This document shows, piece after piece, positions 30,082 through 44,009 of a DNA stretch of 64,000 nucleotides. Each line of letters starts with the position of its first letter. Position 1 is the stretch's first letter. The stretch comes from the human T2T-CHM13v2.0 reference genome, Homo sapiens. A program made the position numbers and the translations under genes. Where the stretch lies: NCBI RefSeq assembly GCF_009914755.1, contig NC_060940.1. One strand, given 5' to 3'. The notes under the pieces were generated by a model. That model was given only the letters and a program-made list of their open reading frames with translations, had not been told where the DNA came from and ran no database searches.

Positions 30082-31921
30082 GTGGGTTCCCGGCAGCGGC
30101 CACCGCAGCTCCTGGCCCTCAGGCGGGCAGGGGGACTTTCTTTCCCTGGTCTCAGTGACACGTCTTTCTTCCAGGTCAAGTTAATCTCAAGCCAAGATGC
30201 TTGGGAGCTGTCAGAAAGGTTTAGGTCTTTGCTAACTTGCCTGATGGGGTCAGCTCTTCCAGGCCAGCAGTTCTTTCTCTTTTATAAGTGGACACCTGGG
30301 GCGAAAGGGGTCCCATGGGAATCTGAAGCCAGGAACCCCAGCACAACTGCCTGAGGGCTTGGGCGTCCTGGGTCCCTGCAGGCAGCCCTCTCTGGTTCTC
30401 TGCTCTGCCTGGCTTTGCAGCCACTGTGCCCTCTTCCTCCCCACCCAGCTCTCCGCACACTCACGGTTTCTGCCCCTTCCTACATCACCAGGTAGATGAC
30501 CCCAGTACGGCCGCCCTGCCCTCCTTCTGGCCCTAAATTGGCCTGGTCAGCTCTTCCGACCAACTGACTCAGTTTCCCAGATCTCAAATCTTGCACTGGG
30601 TCCTGCTTAGCTTTTAGCTCTGAGGCCTCATGGTGAGAAGACGTGGTTGGTTGTGGTGGAGAGGAAGGGGAGAGGGCATGGACGGGGTGGTCAGCCCCCC
30701 TGCAGCCTCTCAGCCCAGGGCCAGGTGCCTGGTAGAGATGCACAGCGGGTTCTTGGCAGCCATATGACTAGGGATGTGTCCCTTGTCCATGCCATGGGAC
30801 TGAGTGGGGGATCGGGGGCACCTTTTTCTCTGAAAACACAGGAAGGTACAGCATCAGCAATTCTATGACGGAAGTTTTCCAAAGGCCACCCTAAAATTAG
30901 ACCCCCCCTATTGAGCGTCCTCAGCTTCCCCTGCCCCATTGCAGAGGGGGCAACAGAGCTCTGTCCTCCCTGAGACTCAGGCCACCCACTGACGGCCAGC
31001 GGGTATTTTCCATTGTCTAGCACTGGAAGGCCTTTTGGGGTGCGGCGACTTCAGCTGTTGCTCTCGCGGCTGGACTCCAACATCTGTATCTGCTTGAGCC
31101 TCACAGGCAACTGAGTTTGGAGACCCTCACCCTGACCTTTATTGTTTCCATGGTCCAGCCAGGAGGCTGGCCCTACCCGAGCAGCCGCACTCCCTCTTGG
31201 CATATTCTGAGGATGGTCACAGGCTGGGGACCAGGGCCTGGGGCAGGACTGAGCCTGCAGTCTGTGGCCAGTGTGGAATGCTTATTTCTTGATTCTGTCT
31301 TGCAAGGGAGGGCCTCCCCTAATATCTGAGAGCTTTGGTTGGGGGTGGGGAGAGGGAGGGCTGTTTGAGGCTGCTCCGTCCCACTTTTCCCACTGGATTC
31401 TGCCCCGATCTAGACAGCCCCCTTTTTACTCCCCCAGCGGAGGTTCACAGACACGCCCTGGACATTGTCCAGCAGCACCTTGGCGTTGCTTCTCAGTGAT
31501 GGTTTGGGGAAAGGACAGACAGGGTCAGATGCTGATCACCATGGCTGGTGCTCAACCCGAGTTGGGGACTGTCCCTTTAGCTCATGGGGCTCTAGACTAT
31601 TTCTGGGCCTGACCTGAGGGGACGTGGGGGAGGGCCGAGGATGTTCCCAATCCTCCACTGGCATTTAAATGAGGGCTCCGACAGGCCCAAGAACACAGGC
31701 CCTCCAAAAGCCAGCTCAGCGGTTTGTTGCAAATGCAGCCACACGTGACCTGACTCAAGATGGGCTTCGAGGAGATGAAAGGGGGCGGAACTCCAGGCTG
31801 GCCCACGTGGCAGGCGCTGCCTTGGGCACCACCGCTCACCCCAGCCCACGCCTGGCACCCCCAGCCCAGCCAAGCGCCTCTGTTTCCAAACATGCCTGTT
31901 TTAATTAGTGCCGCTCTCTGA

Positions 31922-32038
<117 letters not shown>

Positions 32039-32606
32039 TAGCTGAGTTTTTTGAGATAATTATGCTCGTTGGTAATTAGGCCGCCGGCAATTATCATTTG
32101 TCGCAGTTTGATTTACTTCTCTCTGTTGCAACCCTCAACACAAATGCCTGGTCGTCAGATGCAGGCGAATTTCCCACCCAACCATGAATTCAGAACCTGC
32201 TGGCAGTGATTTCAGTGTCACCCTGAGCAAATAGAAAGTGGGTTTTCTTTCGTCTTTTCCTCTAGAATCCCACTGGTTTGGGGCGGTGACCCTGGGATGG
32301 GGAAAACAGGGACCCTGGATACCAGAGACCCAAGTTTGCCTCCAGCTCTGCCACTTGTGCTAATGGTATTAAAGCCCCTCGGGCCTCAATTTCCTCATCT
32401 GCAATGCATGCTGATAGCTCCTGCCTTTCCCAATGGTTGTGAAGATCTGAAATCACAAGGCAGACACAGCACACAGTAGGCGCTTGTTCCTGACAGCCCC
32501 GTCTTCCCGAGGAGAAAGCCTTGGCTCAGAGCAGTAACGCGTTCTGCCCAAGGTCAACGTGGGAGGGACGAGGGGGACCCATGAGTCCTGCCCCGTGTCC
32601 CTGCAG

Positions 32607-32767
32607 CTCCTGGTGGACGACCTGCTTGTGTACAATGGGATCCTGGCCATGGTGAGCCACCTGGTGGGGGGCATCCTGCCCACATGTGAGCCCACCGTGC
32701 CCTACCACACCATCCTCTTCACCGAGGACAGGGACATCCGCCACCAGGAGAAACACACCACCATCAG
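32607..32767 (+). CDS. KATNIP: KATNIP coding exon ([16 protein letters not shown]...[20 protein letters not shown])
   Basis: ctgcAG acceptor and AG|GTaggg donor. Confidence 0.93.
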
Positions 32768-32877
32768 GTAGGGCCCCAGCCGGCCCCATGGCCTCCCCAC
32801 CAGCCCTAAGGAGGATGGATGGCTGGGACACACGGCCAGGAGCCTGATCGAATCTTGTGTTTCCTTCCTACCCTCAG

Positions 32878-32966
32878 TAATCAGGCCGAGGATCAAGATG
32901 TCCAGATGATGAATGAAAACCAAATCATTACCAACGCGAAACGGAAGCAGAGCGTTGTTGACCCAG
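32878..32966 (+). CDS. KATNIP: KATNIP penultimate exon (SNQAEDQDVQMMNENQIITNAKRKQSVVDP)
   Basis: ccctcAG acceptor after a 110-nt intron; G|GTcagt donor. Confidence 0.93.
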
Positions 32967-33570
32967 GTCAGTGGCGTTTCTCTGCCCAGAGCATTGTGCC
33001 TTGGGAGCTCGGTCTGAATATAGAAGGAGCTGGTGGCCTTGCACCCCCACCCTCACCCCTGCCTGCCCCTAGACCGCTCTCCTCTGCCCAGGAGCCTGCC
33101 CAAAGGCCTAGGGAGGGACTGAAGAGGATGGAACCAGGGGAGCAACATGCTTCCATCTTCTTGCAGGCACCTGTAACACAGTGGAGCTTCCTGAATCTAA
33201 GTGTCGTGGGCACAGAGTGGGGAAGCAGTCAGGGACAGAGCACCATGTTAAAGGGGTTTGCCCCGGGCCGTGGGAAACCAATAGAGGATGCCCAAGGTGA
33301 GGGCTTCCCGGAGGAGGTGATGTTTGAGCTGGATCCTAAAGGATGTGAGGAGTGTGCCAGGCAGCCTGGGCAAAGGCTGAGAGGGGTGTTGTGGCAGAGC
33401 CTGCTCCAGGCGGAGGGAAGGGGCCAGCGTGCCAGGCGCCCCGAGAGCAGGGACTTTTCCAAGGGCCTTGAATGGCAACCCAGGCTGCTGGATTTCACTG
33501 GGGAGTGTGGGGCACCCCTCCAGGGTTTGAGACTTAGTAACTCTGGTCCCTCTGTTCCCTGTCATGACAG

Positions 33571-33626
33571 CCTTACGTCCCAAAACCTGCATCAGCGAGA
33601 AGGAGACGAGACGACGGCGCTGCTGA
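33571..33626 (+). CDS. KATNIP: KATNIP last coding exon (ALRPKTCISEKETRRRRC*)
   Basis: catgacAG acceptor and TGA at 33624-26; matches the recalled C-terminus. Confidence 0.93.
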
Positions 33627-35368
33627 CTGGTGAAGGAGGGAGAGCTGGTCCTCCCACTATGGTGGGCTCCGTCAGCAGCCCCACTCAGTGCCTGCGTCCC
33701 TCACCCTCAGTCCCAGGAGCTGGAAGCGAACCACAGTGTTGAGGGGAGCCCGCTGGGAAGAGGGGACTCGGGAGGACAGCCCTGGATACTACCAGAGTGA
33801 CAGATGGCTGTGGCTGCAGGGCAAAGAGATCCCCTGCAGTTCTGGGTTGGCCACAGGGAGCCCAGGACACCCGCCTTCATGCCTCTGCTGTGAGACCCAG
33901 CAAAGCAGGGCCCATGACCACTAGGGCCTGGGCTGACCCTGACTCAGAACAGGACAATGACGGGGTGGGGAGGCATCCCATCCAGCCTCAGAGGGCCCAG
34001 AGAATGGCTGAGCAGGACAGTGGGAGACCAGACCCTACCCCGCAACTCCAGTAAGCAGGGCACTGCCCAGGGAGACTGCCTTCAGAAACCTGAGCTTCAG
34101 CGGCCAACACCCCCCATCCCCTGCGCATCCTTGTCTCATTTGGGGACTGGTGGAGCTGGCTGAGAGGTTGGGGTAGTTTCCTGGTTACAGGGGTCCACAA
34201 GACCCTCTCTCATCCCGGTATAGGGGCCTCTCTCCTCTCATCGGGCCTGATAAGGGATTGGCCAAGGCTGTGTGCATCCTGCAGAGGGAAGGAAGTCAGC
34301 TGGGCCACCCGCCATCCACCTTGGCAAGAGCTGGGCCCACTCTGGCAGGCCAGGGTATCATCTGCGTGCTGCTGCCGGGCCAGGAAGGGTGGGTGGGTGG
34401 CCAGCAGGCTGGCAGCTCCAGACCCCAGAGGGCCAGAAGAACTCACCCCAGTGCCCTCTGGATGCAGGTGTTGGGGAACACTGAGGACAATCCCCCATCT
34501 CCCCTCACCCTTGAGCAGGCCCTCCCTGCACTCTCTGCCACATGTCCCTCCTGGTCTGATCACGGCTGTGCTCACTGATGTGGCTGCTTTCTGTCTCTGC
34601 CCCTGTGCCCTTGGAGGCAGGCAGTGAGGTGCTCCTTTCCCAGGCCCCCACCCCTTCTCCCCCTTCAGCCACTTCCCAGCGAGTTGGAAATGTGCCTTGC
34701 ACCCCCAGCCGAGTGAAGCCCAGAACGCATCTATATGCATCGATGTAACAAGCTCGGATCAGGGACCTAATTGGTTTCCCAGTAGTGGGTAATTTCTCGT
34801 TGCAAATATTAATCCGTTGTTTTTCTGGCGCCCAGCCCGGCCCGCCGCAGTACTGTACTCGAGGTACGTTCCTATGCAACCGAGAGCCCCGGCAAATACT
34901 TCATGAGCTTAGCAGCCTGGGCTCGAGCAGCTATGCAAACGCGCTTTTCATTTGGAGCACGGGGCTGATGTGAAGATAAGAATTGTTTCTCCTGGAGAAA
35001 GATCCATCATTTCTCCAGCTTCCAAGCCCCCGGCACCTCTGCTCAGCTCCCAGATGTGACGAGCACCTCCCGCCAGGGGGAGTCAGGGGTTGATCAAACC
35101 AGCTCTTGTGACCCAAACCAGTGCCGCTGCATTAAAGGGAGGCCCAGCTACTCCTTCCCAGCTGAGATGTGGGTACAGGTCAGATTTGTCAGGGAGATGG
35201 CACTAACACGACACAAGCTCACTCCCAGAACCGCAGCTGATGTTTATAATAATCGTATGTACTGTGCAATTTAGGAGGGGAAAAAAAGGCTGTACAAGCT
35301 TTAACTCTAAAATAAATTTCTATTTTTTTCCTCTTGCAAAATTAATAAAAGATGTTATTAAGAATATA
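33627..35368 (+). other. KATNIP: KATNIP 3'UTR (end approximate)
   Basis: Lies between the stop codon and the tandem AATAAA signals. Confidence 0.8.
35311..35349 (+). terminator. KATNIP poly(A) signals (AATAAA at 35311-16 and 35344-49)
   Basis: Two canonical hexamers in an AT-rich patch, with upstream TGTA (CFIm) motifs. Confidence 0.8.
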
Positions 35369-36500
35369 GTCCGAGTCACCGGATTTGGGGTCAGATGGGG
35401 AGTCCATGCTGCCTCCAGGAGCTGAGTGACACAGAGAAGCCCTCACTGAGCTGCAGATGGGGTCATGATCTCGCCCTGACTACTCAATGAGATTGTCCTG
35501 CCGTATGAGCAGACAACAGTAGCTCATCCATAGAGAGTGGTGATTACATGCCTGGCTCTAACTTGTTTAATCCACGTAACACAACCCTTTGGGGTGGGCA
35601 CTATTATTATCCTCACTTTACAGATAAGGGAGCTGAGACACAGAGAGGTTGTGCAGCTTTCCTGGGACACACAGCTTTGGAAGCTATTAGCCAATGCACA
35701 AATCCTGAGAGGGCCCCTGGAGAGTTGAGGTGGGGGTGACAACACTTGGGTCTTTGGCCCTGGGGTTTCCCTTCACCATGTGTGGATCCTGGAATGGTGG
35801 CCCCCAGACCCCCAGTTCCTGGACCTCCTCCCTGCCCACCCCCATGCCCCTGCTGCCTCCAGGGGTGAGTGTTGGCAGCTTGTGGCTTCTGGATAAAGCA
35901 GCCCTTGAGTGGAAAGAGGGCTCAGTTGAGGAGGGTCACACTGCAGTTCAGGCACCGGCAATAGCACTGGCAGCAGGTAGGAGAGTCCTTTAGAAACCCT
36001 ACTTTGCTTCACTGTGTGGGTCAGAGGAGAGAGCCCCCTCTGTCCAGCCAGGAGAGGCCCAGCCCCAAGCATAGAGGGAAAACAGCAGGGGCTCCGGCCG
36101 GCCTGCTCCATGCCCCCTGTTCCCTCTGATTTCCTAAGAGACGGGCCTGGCTGTGCCCAGCCATGCTAGTGTTGGAAAGCAGTCGCCCTCCCTCCTTTTG
36201 GTGGAAGGATCTCTGGGCCAGCCCTGGAGACCCTCGAGGGCAGCCCAGACCTTCCAGCATTCCCTCTGTGAGAGTGGGAGGCCGGCAGGGGTGTCCCAGC
36301 CTCTCAGCTCTGCTGAGCCTCTCCAGCCCCTGCCAGAGCCCTGGGGTGGAGTCCTGTTATTCAGGGGCCAGACAAGTGATGTCAGGGAGTGATGTCAACA
36401 CTGGCCTGCAAGGACCGTGGTTGACACGGCGGCACAGGCCCTTCGAAGGGGTCAGCCACACCTCAGATCCAAGGGGCCAGCAACATCCGGTCTTCAAGGT

Positions 36501-36822
<322 letters not shown>

Positions 36823-38451
36823 CGGTCTTCAAGGTTTCTAAGAGAAGCCAGACAGCCAGGCGTTTCTTTTATCTTTAATGTGAAATCTAACTTTTAAATG
36901 TTGGCTCAACTTCAACAAACAGGCAAACACACACTGAGTGAGCCAAGTATTGAATAAAACCCGTCCGCAGGCAGGCCCCGGTCCGTTCACCAATCCTGCT
37001 TGCTCAGCGGGCCTCCCTTTCTGCCCCACCTCCAGCCTGGGGTTCAAGAAATGTCCCAGGCTGGAATCTCCCAGCTCCTCTTCCCTCTCCAGGGAGGAAA
37101 AAGGAGAGAGGGCTCCTTCCTAGCCTGTCACTCCCACTCCTCAGCCCCCAGATGGGCAGAGACAGGACGACCATCAGGTGACACCTCTGGGTCCTGGAGG
37201 CAGCAGCCCCCACACTCAGCTGTTGTGGGTAAACAGACGTCCTCCTTTCCCTCCACATGCTGAGGCTTCCTATTCTGTGCAACGCCCCCCGACCCCCAGC
37301 GCCCCAACAAACAGAGACATAAATGACTCCCAGGCTGCCACTGTCAGGGGTCAGGGCTCGTTGGCTCCCTGGCATAGGTGACTGGAAATGGGCCTCCACT
37401 GCAGCTGACAAGAGGGTTACGGCACGGGCTCCCAGTGGAGGCTCCCACAGGCCTCCAGCCCTTGGGGACCTGCCTCCTCTGTTCAGCAGTGGGAAGGACC
37501 TGCTTCCCACCCCCCTGGAAGTTCCAACACTGGCACTGCCACCCCAGAAGGACCCAGAAGGACCCCCCAGAGCCTGCCAAGGGGGGCTTCGCAGCCAGGC
37601 AGGTGGCAGCTGCCCCATGCGAGGCACGTGTGCTGAGATGCCCGGGTTCCCTCTCCCAGCCTCACCTCCCGCCTCACTTGGAGCCAGGACAGTCCCTTTC
37701 CAAGGCCCCCAGGCTCCACCTGGCCTCTTCACAGTCCACAATCCAGTGGCCCAGCCTCTTGGGTTTGGCGGACTCACTAGGCGATGCTTAATTTTTTTAA
37801 AATGAGTTGCCTTCCTTTATTATCAGGTTTCACATTAAAATTCAGATTCCCTGCTTCTCTGGAAAGACAGGAAGATCTGGCAACCTGGTCCCACGTTCCC
37901 AGCTGGCCCCAGAGCCTGAGCAGTGCTCTCCAGATGGTCCTGGTCCCCACCAGCCCCTCTTGTCCCACCCTTGCCTGCAGTCCTCCCTCGCATGACCATA
38001 CACACACACACCCAGCCAGCGTGTGAGTTTGCAACCCCTGAGATAGAAGCAGGTTAAGGAATGTGGAGGAGAAGAGGGGACGTGGGGATAGTGCTGCGGG
38101 GCCCAGTGGGCGTGGAGCTGGCAAGGCTGGACCTCTCGCAATGAGACCCCAGCCTCCCAGGCATGCGCAGTGCTCTCTGGGGCCCTGAGACTTGAGCCTC
38201 TGAGGGCCAGAGGCCGGGGAGAGCAAGAGGTGGCCAGCCTCCATCCAGTATGTTGCATATGTCCCCAGGTGCTCTGGGGGTGCCTCCCTGACTGTGTGGG
38301 CATGTCCCAGATTGCCGTGTGCAGTGTGGCATTTATGACAGCACTCCAGTCTCCTAGCCTCTCTGGGAAACTGCTCCACTCACAGCTTCTGCCACAGGGG
38401 CAGCCTTTGACAACCATATGCTGTGATGATGACAACAAAATTCCTAACAGC

Positions 38452-38762
<311 letters not shown>

Positions 38763-40691
38763 TCCTAACAGCCAATACACACTAAGCCCTCATCCTGAGA
38801 GCGAATGCGCTGCGGTTTCTCCTGAAGGCGCACAGTGGTGAGTTGCAGTGAGACCTGGGCTGCAGGCACCACTCTCCCCAGAAAGCTGGTGAGGACTCAC
38901 ACACAGTGACCCTGGGGCCAGCTGCCAGGGTTCCAGTCTAGGCTCCACCAACCACTTCCTGACAGTGCGACCTTGGCGAGTGACCTTACGCCCTGGGCCC
39001 TAGGCTTCCTTACCCAGGCTGCAGTGGTACCAGCAGTACCTCTGTCATGGAGCAGAGCTCTCAGGCGCCAGGCCCACTGGTGCTCACATCAACTCCATCC
39101 ACCATCAGACGGAGGCTGGGATGTGACTTCTGGGTCTGGGGTCTTCACCAGAGCAACGTGGCACTACCTCGCACCCGGTCCCTCTCAAATTTCCAGGGCA
39201 CCATCCCAGCCTTGGCAGATTGGTCCACAAAGAAGGGCACTGGCCTTAGTGCAGCCAGCCCATTGGCTGAGCAGAGATCGATGTCCCGATGCCCTGCCCC
39301 TCCTCCGCCAACTCTTTCCCCTTCCCTATCCATTCCCTTCCCTCCCCTGATTGGCCCCTGGGATTCTTCCTCCCTTGCCTCCTCTCCCTGGGTTCATCCT
39401 GCTTGCACCTCCCACCCCCAACACACATGCCCTAGAAGTTCTCAGGAGGGCCGGGAAGAAGGGGTAAGAGTGGGTGTACCCGGCTGGGCATGTTGCACCC
39501 ACTCACCAGCTTGGCCCCATCACAGAGCTTCTCCCATGCAGAGGCCCCTCCCACTCCCCCTGGAGTCCCAGGACCCCTCATTACCCTGGGTGCCCGCTAC
39601 TCCTGGCAGCTGCCCACTCCCCTGCCAGGCCTGTGGCCATCAGCCCGGCCCCTTGCCTTCCCTAAGGCAGAAGCTCAATGTCAGTCCAAGACTACATGTG
39701 GCCCAAGGAGCAATTACCAGGGTGACGTGAGCCAGGCGGTGCTGGGGACAGGGCAGGGGCCCTGCACAGCGATTTCCTGTCTGTCCATGCAGTAAATCCC
39801 CACACGGAGGAGACTGGTTTTTCCTCATGACTGATGGTCCCAGGCTGGGCTGAATTTGTCTCAATCCCACGGCAGCCAGGCCTGGGGCGGGCACAATCAC
39901 TCTGTGCCCCACAGCTCAGCTCCCGGGCGAGGCTCAGGGGCCACGTCTTCCATGTTTGGGGGCAGGGAGGGGGCCCTTTTCTAATTCATCCACTCAGAGA
40001 GCAGCTTTTCCTGATTTCCACCAAGGCCTCATCTGGCCGGCAGCATCCCAGCCTGCACAGCATCAAAGCCCCAGACAGGAGCCTGGCCCAGCTCTGTCAC
40101 TCATCTCCAAGCCCCATGGGTGCCACTGATCAGACGCCCACTTCCCTCCATTCCCGGGGCCAGCGCACCCCAAGCCACCGCCATCTCCCAGCAGGACCCT
40201 GCTGCAGCCCCCTCTGGTCACCCTGCCTCTGCCCTGCCGCCCATTTCTCAGGCCTGCCCCACACACAGCCAGAAGAAACCTCCCAAAATGCAGAGCCCAT
40301 CATGTCTGCCTTTTAAAACCCTGCCTTTTAAATCAGTGTCTCCTGTGGCCTTCAGGATGAAGATGACGGCCAAACTCCTTGCCACAACCCCCAAAGCCCC
40401 ACAGTCTCTGACCCCAGCAGACCCCATGTCCTCGCCCCGAGCTCCAAGCACTCTGTCCTGTCATGCAGTGCTGCACATGGCGCTCACGGTGCTCCTCCAA
40501 CCCCAGGGCCTTTGCACCCACGGTTCCTCCCACCTACCCTGTGCCTCCTGCCTCCTTTCTCTCCCTTCATTCTGTGCTGCAATGGTCCTTCCGAGAGGCC
40601 CTCCCTCATCCTCTGGTCTAAATCACATCTTTCCTTGGTTCACCTACATAACACCTCTCACTATACAAAGTGATTATTTTATTATTTAGGA

Positions 40692-41032
<341 letters not shown>

Positions 41033-42536
41033 TTATTTAGGATTATTAATAATCTAATCTCCACAAGGGTGAAGATAGTGTCTGTCTTTCTTGTTCGCCA
41101 TGGCCACTCCAGGGCACAGCTCTGTTCCTGTACACAGCAGTCCCTCCATAACTATTTCTTGGATCAATGAGGCACATAGCAGGTCTGCAGTGGCCTCGGG
41201 ATTTGAACCCAGGCCTAACTGCACAGCCTCAGGGGCTTTCTTCCATCCTCACATCCTCCCAGGCAGGGGCTTGACACCCTTGCTGCAGCAGCTCTTCACA
41301 GGGGATGATCCTCCCGCAGCGTGCCTCGTCTTCAGGCCTGGCTGCCGCAGATGAATCTCCATGAATCAAGCTGACATTTCCATTACCCGAGGGAGACGAG
41401 TGTGTGGCCAGGACGGCTGGCTTTGGCGGGGGTGGCGGGGATGCGTGCCCATCACAGCCACCAGCCAAGGAGGGAAGGCAGCCCAGTTACTCACGGAGGC
41501 CCGGGCCTGCCCTTCAGCCCTTGGCCAGAGAAGGGATTGTGGCTTCATGGGTCCTCTGCACCTGGGTAGAGGGGGTGACATGGGCCAACAAGCAACAAGA
41601 GAAGCACAGAGCATGTGCAGACACAGGTGTGTGCCCAGGGCCACGTGTGTATCATGAGCATGTTTGTTCAGCATTAGCACATGTGTGGCATTTTGTCCAG
41701 AGCCAGCAGAAGCACGCATGAGCGTGTGTGCACAAGGTCAACAGAACACACAGTGTGGATGAGCAGTGAACATGCAGTTAGCTCCTAGGTACATACAAGG
41801 TGCTGACTCACACTTGAGCAATATCAACATGTTGTGGGGGGCCAGGGGAGTAGGGTCAGCACTTTGAGCCAAAGTCAGCCTCTGATGATCATGGGTATGT
41901 GTGACTGGGCCACGGTAAGGTTGGCATGTACACACGAGCCCAAGGCGTGTGGATACAGAGACACGGGACGCAGGTGCCCAGGGCAGAACGAGGTCGTGTA
42001 AGCGCTTTGGGCTGTGGGTCACGTCGATATATATGGGTGTCAAGACCAAAGACACACACACAGCCATTCTCTCCATGGTTGGAGCCTGTCTGCTCAGGGC
42101 AGCGCAGGGGAGGTGTAGCTGGGAAAGCTGTCTGTGGAGGTGGGTGGAGGGGCCTTTTCTTTCCCATCCAGGCCTCTGGGTGCTCAAACAGGCACCCCCT
42201 GCCTTCAAACCAGATGGTGACTCCCACCTTCCAGATTCAGGCAGACACTGGCATTCGCTCCCTGCATAAAGACAACTCTCATACGAACTCGTAGTAAACC
42301 CACTGGAATTACTCACCCAGCCTGCCTCTTATCTAACCAGCAGCTTTCTTGCTGCAGGCTCCATGAAACTGACAGACAGCTGGTTCTCAGCCCCCGCCCA
42401 GGAGGTGCCCAGAAGGAGACCAGAGGACTTGAAGCTCAGTGGCCCTGGGAGCCTCTGACCTCTCTCCCTTGCCCCGTGACAGTGGCTGTCGCTCAAGCTG
42501 TCCGCATATCATAACCACATACCACTTGCACGATTA

Positions 42537-42542
42537 TTTATT
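42537..42542 (-). terminator. GSG1L distal poly(A) signal
   Basis: TTTATT on + in an AT-rich patch; position fits my recollection of a ~7 kb gap between KATNIP and GSG1L. Confidence 0.65.
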
Positions 42543-44009
42543 TAATATTTTTCTTTAAGCCAACTCTTTTTTTCTTTTACTTAAATGCCTATTTTGGTTT
42601 CATCCTAAGCAGTAACGTCTGTGAAGTCATAGCACTGATGTGCCCACTGTACATTTTTTTCTAATACACATTTACATAAACACAACTATTAAAATAGATT
42701 AAAATTTTCCCCATGTGTCAACTACAATCATCTCCTGGACCTCCTGCGGTCCACTCGCCAACTTCAGAAGGACCCTGGGTGAGAACAAGAGCTCCTAGAT
42801 GCCTGGTGGCCAGGGCTAGATCCCTGTCAGATCTGTCCCTGCCCAGGCCCATATATGGCAGCCGCCCTCTCTTGCATGAGGCCAAAGCCCAAATTCCTTG
42901 TTCTGACATTCAAGGCCTCAGTAGAGCTGGACCATAATTGCTCTCCCAGGCCCATTTCCAGCCCCGCCTTAAGCCCCACCTAGTAGGTCATTAATATTTA
43001 CTGAATGAATGGAAAGTGAATTAACAAATTGTTCGCTTGATGAATCAATGCGTGAATGAATGAGCACAAACCTCCAGCTGGCTGTCCCCTGAGCCCCTGA
43101 GACTCAAGACATCTGAACCACGAAGTCTCCGTCTTCCCTATCCCCCAAGCTGACCCTGTAACCTGAGAGTCGTCACCAACTTTCCTCTTCTCCCACTCAG
43201 TCTATTCCCTCCTAATTGGTTCCTGAATCTGCCCGCATGGTCCCCTCCCCAGGGCAACTTTCCTAAGCCAGCCCACTTTCTTCTCTTTCTTGAGTGTAAG
43301 AGGGATGAGGAAGGGAGAAGCATCTCCCACAACTATTCTGTGCCCATAGCTGCGGTGATCTTCCTCAAATGTACACCCAGGCGCATCCCAGTCTGCTAAA
43401 AGCATCTCACTGCCCACTCCCCATTGCCCCAGGGTAAACTCTAAGCTCCCTAAGAAGGTTTCCAGTTCCTCCTGGCCTGGCTCCACTGCCCTCTGATGCC
43501 TAATTTCCCACAACTGCCTCCTGACCTCCCTGCTCTCCACACCTGCCATTGGGACTATTTTAAAGTCCTCTAATGTACTTTCTTTCCCTGCTATACTCTT
43601 GCCTGGCTGATGCCCAGACAATCTTCATGTCTTGGCTTAGACATCATTTTCTCAAAGGAGCCTCCCTAGACTACAGCTCCCACAGCCCCGATTTCCCCTT
43701 GTTGTCCTGTTAGTAAACACCCACAAAGTGTTTACTTGTGCCAGGCTCTGTTCTAGACACTTCAAATATGTTAGCTCATTTAATTTGCACAACAGCTTGA
43801 AGAGGTAGGTATAATGATTATCCGGATTTAATGGATGAGGAAACAGGCACAGAAAGGTCAAGTAACTCGCCCAAGGTCACAAGTGGAGAAGGTGGAATCT
43901 GAACCCAGGCTCACGACAATAGATGCCCTCTCTGGATGCTCCAGCATCCCACCTCAAGTGCCTACCACAGTGCTTGGCACATAGTAGGGGCACAGTGAAC
44001 TATATCAGT

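Noticed and set aside
33624-33630. TGA-CTGG stop context suggesting readthrough
   Set aside because: Not the strong TGA-CTAG motif, and the extension has no recognisable feature.
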